The translations under genes were made by a program, and so were the position numbers. A stretch of 64,000 nucleotides of DNA from Macrostomum hystrix. Lineage: Eukaryota > Animalia > Platyhelminthes. The notes beneath the pieces were generated by a model that was given only the letters and a program-made list of their open reading frames with translations, was not told the origin of the DNA and made no database searches. This document shows, in pieces, positions 24,201 to 42,159 of the stretch; the first letter of the stretch is position 1; each line of letters begins with the position of its first letter. The DNA lies in NCBI GenBank assembly GCA_950097015.1, contig CATNEN010000033.1, positions 4,960,001-5,024,000 of the forward strand. The letters run 5' to 3'.

Positions 24201-27200
24201 GCCATTCTTGTGAGGGAATAGAGGCCATTCTTGTGAGGGAATAGAGGTCATACTCGTGAGGGAATAGAGGCCATTCTTGTGAGGGAATAGAGGTCATACT
24301 CGTGAGGGAATAGAGGCCATTCTTGTGTGGGAATAGAGGTAATTCTCGTGAGGGAATAGAGGTCATTCTCGTGAGGGAATAGAGGTCATACTCGTGAGGG
24401 AATAGAGGCCATTCTCGTGAGGGAATAGAGGTCATACTCGTGAGGGAATAGAGGCCATTCTCGTGAGGGAATAGAGGCCATTCTCGTGAGGGAATAGAGG
24501 CCATTCTCGTGAGGGAATAGAGGCCATTCTCGTGAGGGAATAGAGGCCATTCTCGTGAGGGAATAGAGGCCATTCTCGTGAGGGAATAGAGGCCATTCTC
24601 GTGAGGGAATAGAGGCCATTCTCGTGAGGGAATAGAGGCCATTCTCGTGAGGGAATAGAGGCCATTCTCGTGAGGGAATAGAGGTCATTCTCGTGAGGGA
24701 ATAGAGGTCATTCTCGTGAGGGAATAGAGGTAATTCTCGTGAGGGAATAGAGGTCATACTCGTGAGGGAATAGAGGCCATTCTCGTGAGGGAATAGAGGC
24801 CATTCTCGTGAGGGAATAGAGGCCATTCTCGTGAGGGAATAGAGGTAATTCTCGTGAGGGAATAGAGATCATTCTCGTGAGGGAATAGAGGTAATTCTCG
24901 TGAGGGAATAGAGGTCATACTCGTGAGGGAATAGAGGCCATTCTCGTGAGGGAATAGAGGCCATTCTCGTGAGGGAATAGAGGCCATTCTCGTGAGGGAA
25001 TAGAGGCCATTCTCGTGAGGGAATAGAGGCCATTCTTGTGAGGGAATAGAGGTCATTCTCGTGAGGGAATAGAGGCCATTCTCGTGAGGGAATAGAGGCC
25101 ATTCTTGTGAGGGAATAGAGGTCATTCTCGTGAGGGAATAGAGATCATTCTCGTGAGGGAATAGAGGCCATTCTCGTGAGGGAATAGAGATCATTCTCGT
25201 GAGGGAAAGGAGTTGCTAAAATGACAAAGTGAAAACCAGAAGTGTCATTGAATGATTTAATTAATTGTACAATTTCACAAGACTGAATCCTGTAACATTT
25301 ATATTTGTATCTAGGCTAGACCTAGGGTCACAGTGAACACTTGAAGATTCAAAAAAAAGTTGCACATAAAAGAAGTGACACATGGTTTCCATAACAAGGT
25401 TTGAATATTAGCTTTGCAAATTAACAACAACAGAAACGAAACAAAGGAATGCTTGACAATGTCAAAAGAGTGTAAATTAGCTAAGATTAAGAAATTTTAA
25501 TAAGAATGAAAGCTGAATTTGAAAGATTATAAAGATTTCATGGTAATCAACTCACAGCCAGACAGGAAAATCATGCCTAAAATTACAATGATATTATAAT
25601 CAAGAAGTGTGAAAAATTATTCAAGAAGTCCAAATACTTGCTTTTAACAAATTTACAAGCTGATTCAAAAGGCTAAAATGAACACTAGAAAAACAAAATT
25701 TAAACTGACGCGAACTTTTGACATCACAGTGGATTAGGGATTAGAGAGATGAGAGGGTCGGTATATTGAGGGACTGGAGTGGGACTATATGGCCATGGAT
25801 TAACGTGCTGAAGTGGGATTATATGGCCATGGATTACCGTGCTGGAGTGGGATTATATGGCCATGGATTACCGTGCTGGAGTGGGATTATATGGCCATGG
25901 ATTACCGTGCTGGAGTAGGATTATATGGCCATGGATTACTGTGCTGGAGTGGGACTATATGGCCAGGGATTAACGAACTAGGATTGAGATTGTAAGGCCA
26001 GGGATTACCGGAGGGAGTGGGATTATATGGCGATGGATTAACGTGCTGGAGTGGGATTATATGGCCAGGGATTAAAAGACTGGAGTGGGATTATATGACC
26101 ATGGATTAACGTGCTGGAGTGGGATTATATGGCCAGGGATTAAAAGACTGGAGTGGGATTATATGACCATGGATTAACGTGCTGGAGTGGGATTATATGG
26201 CCAGGGATTAACAGACTGGAGTGGGAATATATGGCCAGGGATTAACAGACTGGAGTGGGATTATATGGCCAGGGATTAACAGACTGGAGTGGGATTATAT
26301 GGCCAGGGATTAACGGACTGGAGGGGGATTATACGAGTATTGTGGGATAATGGAAGCGCGAGAACTGCAAGTGGGATGATAAGATAGAATGGCAGGCGGA
26401 CCGGAGGAAGGAGACTGGGATCAGGGCTGGGATAAATCTAAGCGCAGCAGTGCCCAACTGAAATCCCAGTTAACTTTCGATCATGCACACTTAGAAGCGG
26501 TGCGCGTGACCCATCGGAGAGAATTCGTTGGCGGGAATCCGGCCGGTGTCCATTGGCGCCACCATGAAGGCGGGGTCGTCCAGCCCAGTGCCGTCAAGTC
26601 CGAGGTAGCGGCCCGACGGGCCGACGGAACGGCCGACAACCGAGGAGGCGGCCACTGACGAGACTGAGCGAGAGTAACTGGGCTGAGCGAACTGCTGCTG
26701 GCTCATGTCCAGCCTCTGAACCTGGAAAGATTATATGGGATGAGGCTAGCTGGGTGTGGGATGAGGCTAGCTGGGTGTGGGATGAGGCTAGCTGGGTGTG
26801 GGATGAGGCTTGATGGGTGTGGGATGAGGCTAGCTGGGTGTGGGATGAGGCTAGCTGGGTGTGGGATGAGGCTAGCTGGGTGTGGGATGAGGCTAGCTGG
26901 GTGTGGGATGAGGCTTGATGGGTGTGGGATGAGGCTAGCTGGACGTGGGATGAGGCTAGCTGGATGTGGGATGAGGCTTGATGGGTGTGGGATGAGGCTA
27001 GCTGGGTATGGGATGAGGCTAGCTGGGTGTGGGATGAGGCTAGCTGGGTGTGGGATGAGGCTTGATGGGTGTGGGATGAGGCTAGCTGGGTGTGGGATGA
27101 GGCTAGCTGGGTGTGGGATGAGGCTAGCTGGGTGTAAGATGAGGCTAGCTGGGTGTGGGATGAGGCTTGATGGGTGTGGGATGAGGCTAGCTGGACGTGG

Positions 27201-29647
27201 GATGAGGCTAGCTGGATGTGGGATGAGGCTTGATGGGTGTGGGATGAGGCTAGCTGGGTATGGGATGAGGCTAGCTGGGTGTGGGATGAGGCTAGCTGGG
27301 TGTGGGATGAGACTAGCTGGGTGTGGGATGAGGCTTGATGGGTGTGGGATGAGGCTAGCTGGGTGTGGGATGAGGCTTGATGGGTGTGGGATGAGGCTAG
27401 CTGGGTGTGGGATGAGGCTAGCTGGGTGTGGGATGAGGCTTGATGGATGTTGGATGAGGCTAGCTGGATGTGGGATGAGGCTTGATGGGTGTGGGATGAG
27501 GCTAGCTGGGTATGGGATGAGGCTAGCTGGGTGTGGGATGAGGCTAGCTGGGTGTGGGATGAGACTAGCTGGGTGTGGGATGAGGCTTGATGGGTGTGGG
27601 ATGAGGCTAGCTGGGTGTGGGATGAGGCTTGATGGGTGTGGGATGAGGCTAGCTGGGTGTGGGATGAGGCTTGATGGGTGTGGGATGAGGCTAGCTGGGT
27701 GTGGGATGAGGCTAGCTGGGTGTGGGATGAGGCTTGATGGATGTTGGATGAGGCTAGCTGGGTGTAGGATGAGGCTAGCTGGGTGTGGGATGAGCTTGAT
27801 GGGTGTGGGATGTGGGCATTGGCTAGACTACACGGCAGTACACCAGCGCACCTGAGCAACGATGGAGCCGAGGGCCTGATCCATGTCGATCTCGCTGGAG
27901 TCGCGACTGCGGACGCTGCTGGCGGTGCTGCCGATGCTGACCGAGCGGCTGTAGCCGGACGGTCGCAGCCCCCTGTCGTGCAGGAAGTCGTCGAAAGCCG
28001 CCTGGTCCCTGGCTGGAATGAAGGGCCGGAGGCCTAGCAGGAGGTGGCTGCGCTCGGCCGGGAACAGGCGCTCCAGCTGGGGCCTGACACTGCCAGAGAA
28101 GGAGGAGGCGCCGGAGGACCAGGACCTGAACAGCTGACCGAACAGTACCAGCTCCTGCTTGGTGAGGCTTGAGGCCAGGCTGCCAGCTAGGCTGCTGACC
28201 GCCTCCTGGGGACTGTCCCGCCTGTTGAACACCGGACTGCTGGTTGTCGATGTCACAGGGGTGGCGTTTGACTCCCCGCTGCCAGCGCCGGGCACGCCGA
28301 GAATTGAAGCGCCTGAAGCTGACGGAGCGCCGGAAGTTGTTGAAGCGGCGCCGCCCAGAGCCCGGTCGAAGAATTCCAGAGTGGCCTCCGTGTAGGCCAG
28401 CTGCAGCAGCTGACGGGCCACCGCGCAGGCCTCCTAGACAAAGGCAAAACAAGGAGTAACTTGCTGAAATTGATTAACGGCTTGGCCTCAGCACGTCATT
28501 TACGGTTGACAACCCCAACACCGGTTAGCCTGGTTGACATCCCCAACACAGGTTAGCCTGGTTGACATCCCCAACACCGGTTAGCCTGGTTGACATCCAC
28601 AACACCGGTTAGCCTGGTTGACATCCACAACACCGGTTAGCCTGGTTGACATCCACAACACCGGTTAGCCTGGCTGACAACCCCAGCACCGGTTAGCCTG
28701 GTTGACATCCCCAACACCGGTTAGCCTGGTTGACATCCTTAACACCGGTTAGCCTGGTTGACATCCACAACACCGGTTAGCCTGGTTTACATCCCCAACA
28801 CCGGTTAGCCTGGTTGACATCCACAACACCGGTTAGCCTGGCTGACAACCCCAACACCGGTTAGCCTGGTTGACATCCACAACACCGGTTAGCCTGGTTG
28901 ACATCCACAACACCGGTTAGCCTGGCTGACAACCCCAACACCGGTTAGCCTGGTTGACATCCACAACACCGGTTAGCCTGGTTAAGAGCATTTCCTTTCA
29001 CAGACTAACCTGAGCGTGAATCCTGGCATAGACAGCCATTGCGCAGAGCTGGCTAGTACCCGCAGCGTCAGGGCTGAAGTGCAGAGCCAGCAGGTGCCTG
29101 TCGGAGTCTCGAACGTAGGCGACAGCGAGTAGCTGGGAGACAGGCACCCTGAGCAGCACATCTGGCTGGGACGGCTGCTGCAGCTGCTGTTGCTGTTGCG
29201 GCGGCGTCGGCGGCGGCCGGCGCTCAAGCCTCACGCCCGACACGCTGAGGCTGAGCAGGGCGTCAACTGGCGGAGCTCTGGAGCCGCGGACACCGCGCTC
29301 GATTGAGTCTACCAAGCTGAGCAGGTAGGCCCGGTTGCTGATGTCCCGATTGCTGCGCACACCAGACAGGGAGCCCAGCAGGCGGACCGGCCACTCCAGG
29401 TAGGAGTCGATTAGCACGCTTGGATTGACCTGTTGCGTCGGGAATGGGAGAATTGGATGATGCGTTGGTTTGACAGATATGCTACTAGCATACTACTGCC
29501 AGTAATACAGTGGCCTCCGTGGCATCCTTTTTCTACCTGAAAGTCTGGCGGCGCCAGAACGATTCTGGCAGCCCTGAAGAAGCCGGCGCTGCTGCCTCCG
29601 CCGCTGCCGCCGCCTGTCAGACCCGCTGGCCAGAGGCGGTTCAGCAT
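21088..29647 (-). CDS. ccm2: CCM2/malcavernin-like PTB + harmonin-homology-domain scaffold protein
   Basis: Exons (minus): 29647-29537, 29429-29010, 28433-27852, then terminal exon 4a 26721-26491 (or 4b 21231-21088). All junctions are phase 0 GT-AG. PTB matches CCM2: SYLEWPVRLLGSL, LRVPVSQLLAVAYVRD, QLAYTEATLEFFDRAL. HHD matches: LLLGLRPFIPARDQAAFDDFL. Confidence 0.9.
21370..21950. repeat. Compound minisatellite GGGAATCAGTGAG / GGGATCT
   Basis: Direct inspection. Confidence 0.9.
22320..25205. repeat. Large minisatellite, 23-bp unit TTCTCGTGAGGGAATAGAGGCCA (about 125 units)
   Basis: Direct inspection. Confidence 0.97.
25770..26340. repeat. Minisatellite, 34-bp unit GGAGTGGGATTATATGGCCAGGGATTAACAGACT
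   Basis: Direct inspection. Confidence 0.92.
26745..27815. repeat. Minisatellite, 21-bp unit GGGATGAGGCTAGCTGGGTGT (ccm2 intron 3)
   Basis: Direct inspection. Confidence 0.96.
28515..28983. repeat. Minisatellite, 28-bp unit CCGGTTAGCCTGGTTGACATCCACAACA (ccm2 intron 2)
   Basis: Direct inspection. Confidence 0.95.
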
Positions 29648-29789
29648 CGAGTTGTGACGGATAGACTGAAACAGTTAGAGATTAATGCTGGGTTTTTAGA
29701 AAACATAATAATCAATGGATCGCAATGACTAGGACCTATTGAATGATGTTAATACTCCTATTCCCTGGTCCTGATAACTCCCGAGTACT

Positions 29790-30940
29790 CTAATCCCTGA
29801 TCTCAGCACCACTAATCCCTGATCTCAGCACTACTAATCCCTGATCTCAGCACTACTAATCACTGATCTCAGCACTACTAATCCCTGATCTCAGCACTAC
29901 TAATCCCTGATCTCAGCACTACTAATCCCTGATCTCAGCATTACTAATCCCTGATCTCAGCACTACTAATCCCTGATCTCAGCACTACTAATCCCTGATA
30001 TCAGCACTACTAATCCCTGATCTCAGCACTACTAATCACTGATCTCAGCACTACTAATCCCTGATCTCAGCACTACTAATCCCTGATATCAGCACTACTA
30101 ATCCCTGATCTCAGCACTACTAATCCCTGATCTCAGCACTACTAATCCCTGATATCAGCACTACTAATCCCTGATCTCAGCACTACTAATCACTGATCTC
30201 AGCACTACTAATCCCTGATCTCAGCACTACTAATCCCTGATCTCAGTACTACTAATCCCTGATCTCAGCACCACTAATCCCTGATCTCAGCACTACTAAT
30301 CCCTGATCTCAGCACTACTAATCCCTTATCTCAGCACTACTAATCCCTGATCTCAGCACCACTAATCCCTGATCTCAGCACTACTAATCCCTGATCTCAG
30401 CATTACTAATCCCTGATCTCAGCACTACTAATCCCTGATCTCAGCACTACTAATCCCTGATATCAGCACTACTAATCCCTGATCTCAGCACTACTAATCA
30501 CTGATCTCAGCACTACTAATCCCTGATCTCAGCACTACTAATCCCTGATATCAGCACTACTAATCCCTGATCTCAGCACTACTAATCCCTGATCTCAGCA
30601 CTACTAATCCCTGATATCAGCACTACTAATCCCTGATCTCAGCACTACTAATCCCTGATCTCAGCACTACTAATCCCTGATCTCAGCACTACTAATCCCT
30701 GATCTCAGTACTACTAATCCCTGATCTCAGCACCACTAATCCCTGATCTCAGCACTACTAATCCCTGATCTCAGCACTACTAATCCCTGATCTCAGCACT
30801 ACTAATCCCTGATCTCAGCACTACTAATCCCTGATCTCAGCACTACTAATCCCTGATCTCAGCACTACTAATCACTGATCTCAGCACTACTAATCCCTGA
30901 TCTCAGCACTACTAATCCCTGATCTCAGCACTACTAATGC
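29790..30940. repeat. Minisatellite, 22-bp unit CTACTAATCCCTGATCTCAGCA
   Basis: Direct inspection. Confidence 0.96.
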
Positions 30941-31862
30941 CAGGATCAATTAATTTTTACTGAGCAATGTTACGGTAAGAAAAAAATAGGAAAAGCGAAT
31001 TTCGGTGGCCAAGGCAGGGTTTGATTAAAGAGTTTATGATTTTGATTGCAAAATATCTAGAGCAAAAAAATGACAAGCTTAGAAAACGCATATTTTGTTA
31101 CTCTTAAGGGGAATTGTAAAATGATAGACAAACCGGGTGTAGAGGGTGTGGTTCAGGAGATTATTTAATTTCATTTAAACGCAGCAATACGCGAGAACGT
31201 GACAATTGCACAAATATAAGAAGAGATTGACACATTGGCCTGAAATCTTCTGGCGAGCACCCAAAGAGAGCAAATAAAAGCACAATTTTTTAGCAGTAAA
31301 ACACCAGTTGAAACTATTCAATACAGTTTAGAGTGCACAAAAAAGAAAATGGGAATAGAAAAATAAATAACTGACCAACAATGGAAAAGTATTCATGAAA
31401 ATTTAGCCCCCTCACAGTCTCAAAGAACAAGATAAAAAACTGAAAATGCCATTCAAATAGACTGGTTAGAATGTTGCAAACTATGCCGTAAACTATATTA
31501 CTTGTAGTAATATGCTAAGCTAAACTGCGAAACTGAGCCATTGTGAACAAAAATATTTTCAACTTAAAAATAGAGCTATTAGAGATAGCTTCTTAGATTT
31601 ACTATCTAAGGCAGAGGGCATTGGAAGTCAACTGCGCTGTCCAAACACATGACAGCGCAGTTAAAAATAAAATACAAGTACAAAATAAAATAATCAAATA
31701 CAGGCATGCTTGCGCATTTTAAAATAGGATTTCAATATTAGAATGAGTCTCTAATTTAAGGTTAAAATCTTCTGCAAAAATTACAGAAAATGCGCATCGA
31801 CACTACTGACCTACAAGTAGCGCAGTAAGTAGTAAGTAGCGCGCATTTTCTGTTCGATATGA

Positions 31863-37722
<5,860 letters not shown>

Positions 37723-37929
37723 TTTCGCAAGTGCTGGATCACAGGTATTTGGGTTGCTATCCGTGCGCTGAAAGTAATGAAAAGAAATAGTAAATAACTA
37801 GACCGGACGTGAAAAATTTTGCTCAGGTGAAACAATGAAATATTAAAATTTTGTTAAGGTAATGAAAAATCTACTTCAGGTGTAAAAAGATAGACTGAGT
37901 GAAAAATCTTGTTAGGGTATGAAAAACAC

Positions 37930-39290
37930 TAGCTCATGCATCATAAATCTAGCTCAGGTGTGAAAAAAAACTAGCAGTGGCGTAATAAATATTGCTCAGG
38001 AGCAATAAACTCACTCCGGTGTGATGAATCTATCTCAGGCCTGATGAATCTACTCAGCTGTGATTAATCTAGCTCATGCGTAATAAATGTAGCTCAGGCG
38101 TGATAAATCTAGCTCGGGCGTGATAAATCTAGCTCAGGTGTGATAAATCAAGCTCAGGTATGATAAATCTAGCTCAGGTGTGATAAATCTAAACCAGACG
38201 TGCGTAATAAATCTAGCTCAGGCGTGATAAATCTAGCTCGGGCGTGATAAATCTAGCTCAGGCGTGATAAATCTAGCTCGGGCGTGATAAATCTAGCTCA
38301 GGTGTGATAAATCAAGCTCAGGTATGATAAATCTAGCTCAGGTGTGATAAATCTAAACCAGACGTGCGTAATAAATCTAGCTCAGGCGTGATAAATCTAG
38401 CTCAGGTGGATAAATCTAGCTCAGGCGTGATAATCTAACCCAGATTTGCGTAATAAATCAAGCTCAGGGGTGATACATCAAGCTCAGGTGTGATGAATCT
38501 AGCTTAGGTGTGATAAATCTAGCTCAGGTGTGATAAATCTAGCTCAGGGGTGATGAATCTAGCTCAGGCGTGATAAATCTAGCTCAGGTGTGATAAATCT
38601 AGCTCAGGTTTGATTAATATAGCTCAGGTTTGATAAATCAAGCTCAGGTGTGATAAATCTAGCTCAGGTGTGATAAATCTAGCTCAGGTGTGATAAATCT
38701 AGCTCAGGTGTGATGAATCTAGCTCAGGGGTGATGAATCTAGCTCAGGCGTGATAAATCTAGCTCAGGTGTGATAAATCTAGCTCAGGTGTGATAAATCT
38801 AGCTCAGGTGTGCTGAATCTAGCTCAGGGGTGATGAATCTAGCTCAGGCGTGATAAATCTAGCTCAGGTGTGATAAATCAAGCTCAGGCGTGATAAATCT
38901 AGCTCAGGTGGATAAATCTAGCTCAGGCGTGATAATCTAACCCAGATTTGCGCAATAAATCAAGCTCAGGCGTGATAAATCTAGCTCAGATGTGATAAAT
39001 CTAGCTCAGATGTGATGAATCTAGCTCAGGGGTGATAAATCTAGCTCAGGCGTGATAAATCTAGCTCAGATGTGATAAATCTAGCTCAGATGTGATAAAT
39101 CAAGCTCAGGTGTGATAAATCTAGCTCAGGTGGATAAATCTAGCTCGGGCGTGATAAATCTAACCCAGATTTGCGTAATAAATCAAGCTCAGGCGTGATA
39201 AATCTAGCTCAGGTGTGATGAATCTAGCTCAGGGGTGATAATTCAAGCTCAGGTGTGATAAATCTAACCCAGACGTGCGTAATAAATGAA
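37930..39290. repeat. Minisatellite, 20-bp unit TGATAAATCTAGCTCAGGTG with recurring variant units
   Basis: Direct inspection. Confidence 0.95.
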
Positions 39291-39684
39291 ACCTACTCTG
39301 GCGTTATTTTTATAAGGAGAGGAAAACAACAGTAATATCTCATTATCGTTTAAATTGCAGTCATTTATTCAATTGTAAATTATTCTATTTTCGTACAATC
39401 AAACAAGCAAACGAATCAACAAACGAATTTATAACGAATATAAAATTTTTAATGTTGCAAAACAATTCTGACAAAAAACTGCAGTCAAAATTATTTAAGA
39501 ATATGATCATTTCCGCTTCACCAAAAATTATGACTTTCCTAAGATAATGCGAAACTAGATTTTGTCAAGCGACCATGGTAGAATAAAACTTTGTTATCAA
39601 AATCATTCACCAGAAATAGACTTTCGGAACCTTTCGATGGTATAAATTCTAAAAGATGGACAATAATTCCAGACGCAGTTATTG

Positions 39685-42159
39685 CTAGCAGCGCTCAATC
39701 ATGATGGCGATGCCCTGACCGCCGCCAATGCAGGCCGTGCCAATGGCCAGCTTCTTATTGCGCCTGTGCAGCTCGTGTGCCAGATGGCCCATAATGCGGC
39801 TGCCGCTGGCGCCAACCGGGTGGCCCAGAGCAATGGCGCCACCGTTGACATTGGTAACGGCGCGGTCAAGTCCCAGCTCCTGTTCAACGGCCAGGTACTG
39901 CGAAGCGAAGGCTTCGTTCACTTCGACCAGGTCGATTTGGGCCAGGCTGCGGTTGGTCTTGGCCAGCAGGCCCTGCACGGCGGGCACCGGCCCGATGCCC
40001 ATGATGCTGGGGTCGCAGCCGACAAAGTGGTAGCCAACCAGGCGGGCCAGCGGCTTCAGCTTGTGCTGCTTGACGGCCGACTCGGAGGCCAGGACAACGG
40101 CTGCGGCGCCGTCGCAGATGCCGGAGGCGTTGCCGGCGTTGACAACGCCATTCTTCTTGAACACAGGCGGCAGCTTGGCCATGGCCTCCGCCGTGGCCTC
40201 GCGCGGATGCTCGTCTGTGGCGAACTCTACCGGGCCCTTCTTGCCCTTCACCTGGCAGCAACGGCAAGTTTATTTCTGTTCGATTATGGGAATCGAGCTT
40301 GTTGGCAAGGGAGATGGGGATCAAGATCCTAAGGATTAGTACAGAAATCTCTAAAGCTTAGATCGGGTCGATGTAAGTATTTAAGATTCGAAACTTGGGA
40401 TTCTCGATCTTGAAGTTTCGGATTTTGTAATCATGGAATTTAGGACCGGGATTTAGAAGATCAGAATCAAGAGAGCTTGGGAGTTAAGGACCAGAATCGA
40501 AAGGAAGAATATCAGGAACTTGGAGTTAATGATCAGAATTTTGAAATTGTGGATCCAGGATCTTGGAGTTATGGATCGGCATCTTGGAGTTATGGATCGG
40601 GATCTTGGAGTTATGGATCGGGATCTTGGAGTTAATGATCAGGATTTTGAAATTATGGATCCAGGATCTTGGAGTTATGGATCGGCATCTTGGAGTTATG
40701 GATCGGGATCTTGGAGTTTTAGGATTCGGGATCTTGGAGTTAAGCATTAGGGATCTTGGAGTTAAGGATCGGGATCTTGGAGTTGAGCATTAGGGATCTT
40801 GGAGTTATGGATCGGGATCTTGAAGTTATGGATCGGGATCTTGGAGTTAAGCATTAGGGATCTTGGAGTTAAGGATTCGGGATCTTGGAGATATGGATCG
40901 GGATCTTGGAGTTAAGCATAGGGATCTTGGAGTTAAGCATAGGGATCTTGGAGTTAAGCATAGGGATCTTGGAGTTAAGCATTAGGGATCTTGGAGTTAA
41001 GGATTCGGGATCTTGGAGATATGGATCGGGATCTTGGAGTTAAGCATAGGGATCTTGGAGTTAAGCATAGGGATCTTGGAGTTAAACATAGGGATCTTGG
41101 AGTTAAGCATAGGGATCTTGGAGTTAAGGATTCGTGATTTTGGAGTTAAGGATTTGGGATCTTGGAGTTAAGGACCGGGATCTTGGAGTAAAGCATTAGG
41201 GATCTTGGAGTAAAGCATTAGGGATCTTGGAGTAAAGCATTAGGGATCTTGGAGTAAAGCATTAGGGATCTTGGAGTTAAGCATTCGGGATCTTGGAGTT
41301 AAGCAATAGGGATCTTGGAGTTATGGATCGAGATTTTAATCTTAATGGATCGGGATCTGGAATATAAGAATCGGGATCTTTGACTTTAGAGATCGAAATA
41401 TCGTTACGGATCATTATCTAGGAGTTAAGGATCCAAATCTTGGACTACGGATTAGGATCTTTGAATTCAGGACAAAGTGCTGAATTTGGGTTTCCAAAAA
41501 AAGAAACTGTTTATTTTAAATAAGAACAGTTTTACCTGCATCGGCACGATTTCGGCTTTGAAGGCGCCGTCGGCGTTCGCCTTTCGCCAGCGGCTCTGGC
41601 TCAGCACGGCGAATTCGTCGCACTGCTGCCTGGTCAGTTTGTACTTTTCGGCCAAGTTCTCCGCGGTCACACCCATTGGCGTCTTGATCTGCTGATCGAT
41701 GAGTCCGTGCCAGAGCAGGTCCACTAGCTGGTAGTCCGTGCCCAGTTTGGTGCCAAACCGGACGCCCCAGACAGCGTAGGGCGTGCCGCTCATGCTCTCG
41801 GCTCCGCCGGCGATCACAATACTGCTGTCGCCAACTAGAATCTCGTTGGTGCCGCTGACAATGGACTGGAAGCCGGAGCCGCACAGTCGGTTCACGTTGA
41901 AGGCCGGCGTGGAGATTGGCAGGCCAAGGCGGACGGCCACATGGCGGGATAGGAAGGCGGTGTCTCGCTGGCTCTGGATGACGTTGCCAAACACAACGGA
42001 GCTGACGGCGTCCTTGGGCGCTCCGCTGGCCTCCAGAGCGGCTCTGGAGGCGGCCTCGGCCAGGTCAGTGGCCGAGTGGTCCTTCAATGAGCCGCCGAAT
42101 GCGCCAAATGGCGTGCGCTTAGCGGCGACAATAAAGACGCCGGTTTTGGATAGGGCAGC
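39685..42159 (-). CDS. acaa2: Mitochondrial 3-ketoacyl-CoA thiolase (acetyl-CoA acyltransferase 2); initiator ATG not found adjacent
   Basis: Exons 42159-41536 (208 aa) and 40251-39685 (188 aa + TAG), phase 0. Begins AALSKTGVFIVAAKRTPFG. Catalytic motifs NRLCGSG, NEAF, GHP and ACIGGGQG are present. AATAAA (minus) lies at about 39364-39369. Confidence 0.95.
40500..41460. repeat. Minisatellite, about 21-23-bp unit GGGATCTTGGAGTTAAGCATA (acaa2 intron)
   Basis: Direct inspection. Confidence 0.93.

Noticed and set aside
22266-25194. Many long periodic ORFs (MASIPSREW..., MRLAGCG..., SLIA..., ESKQDL..., etc.)
   Set aside because: These are translations of stop-free intronic or intergenic minisatellites. 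They lack splice support, and units of 23, 26, 41 bp etc. do not keep the frame.
39685-42159. Bacterial horizontal transfer of the thiolase (or of the RND-type disp)
   Set aside because: Spliceosomal introns are present, and the N-terminus and length match animal ACAA2.
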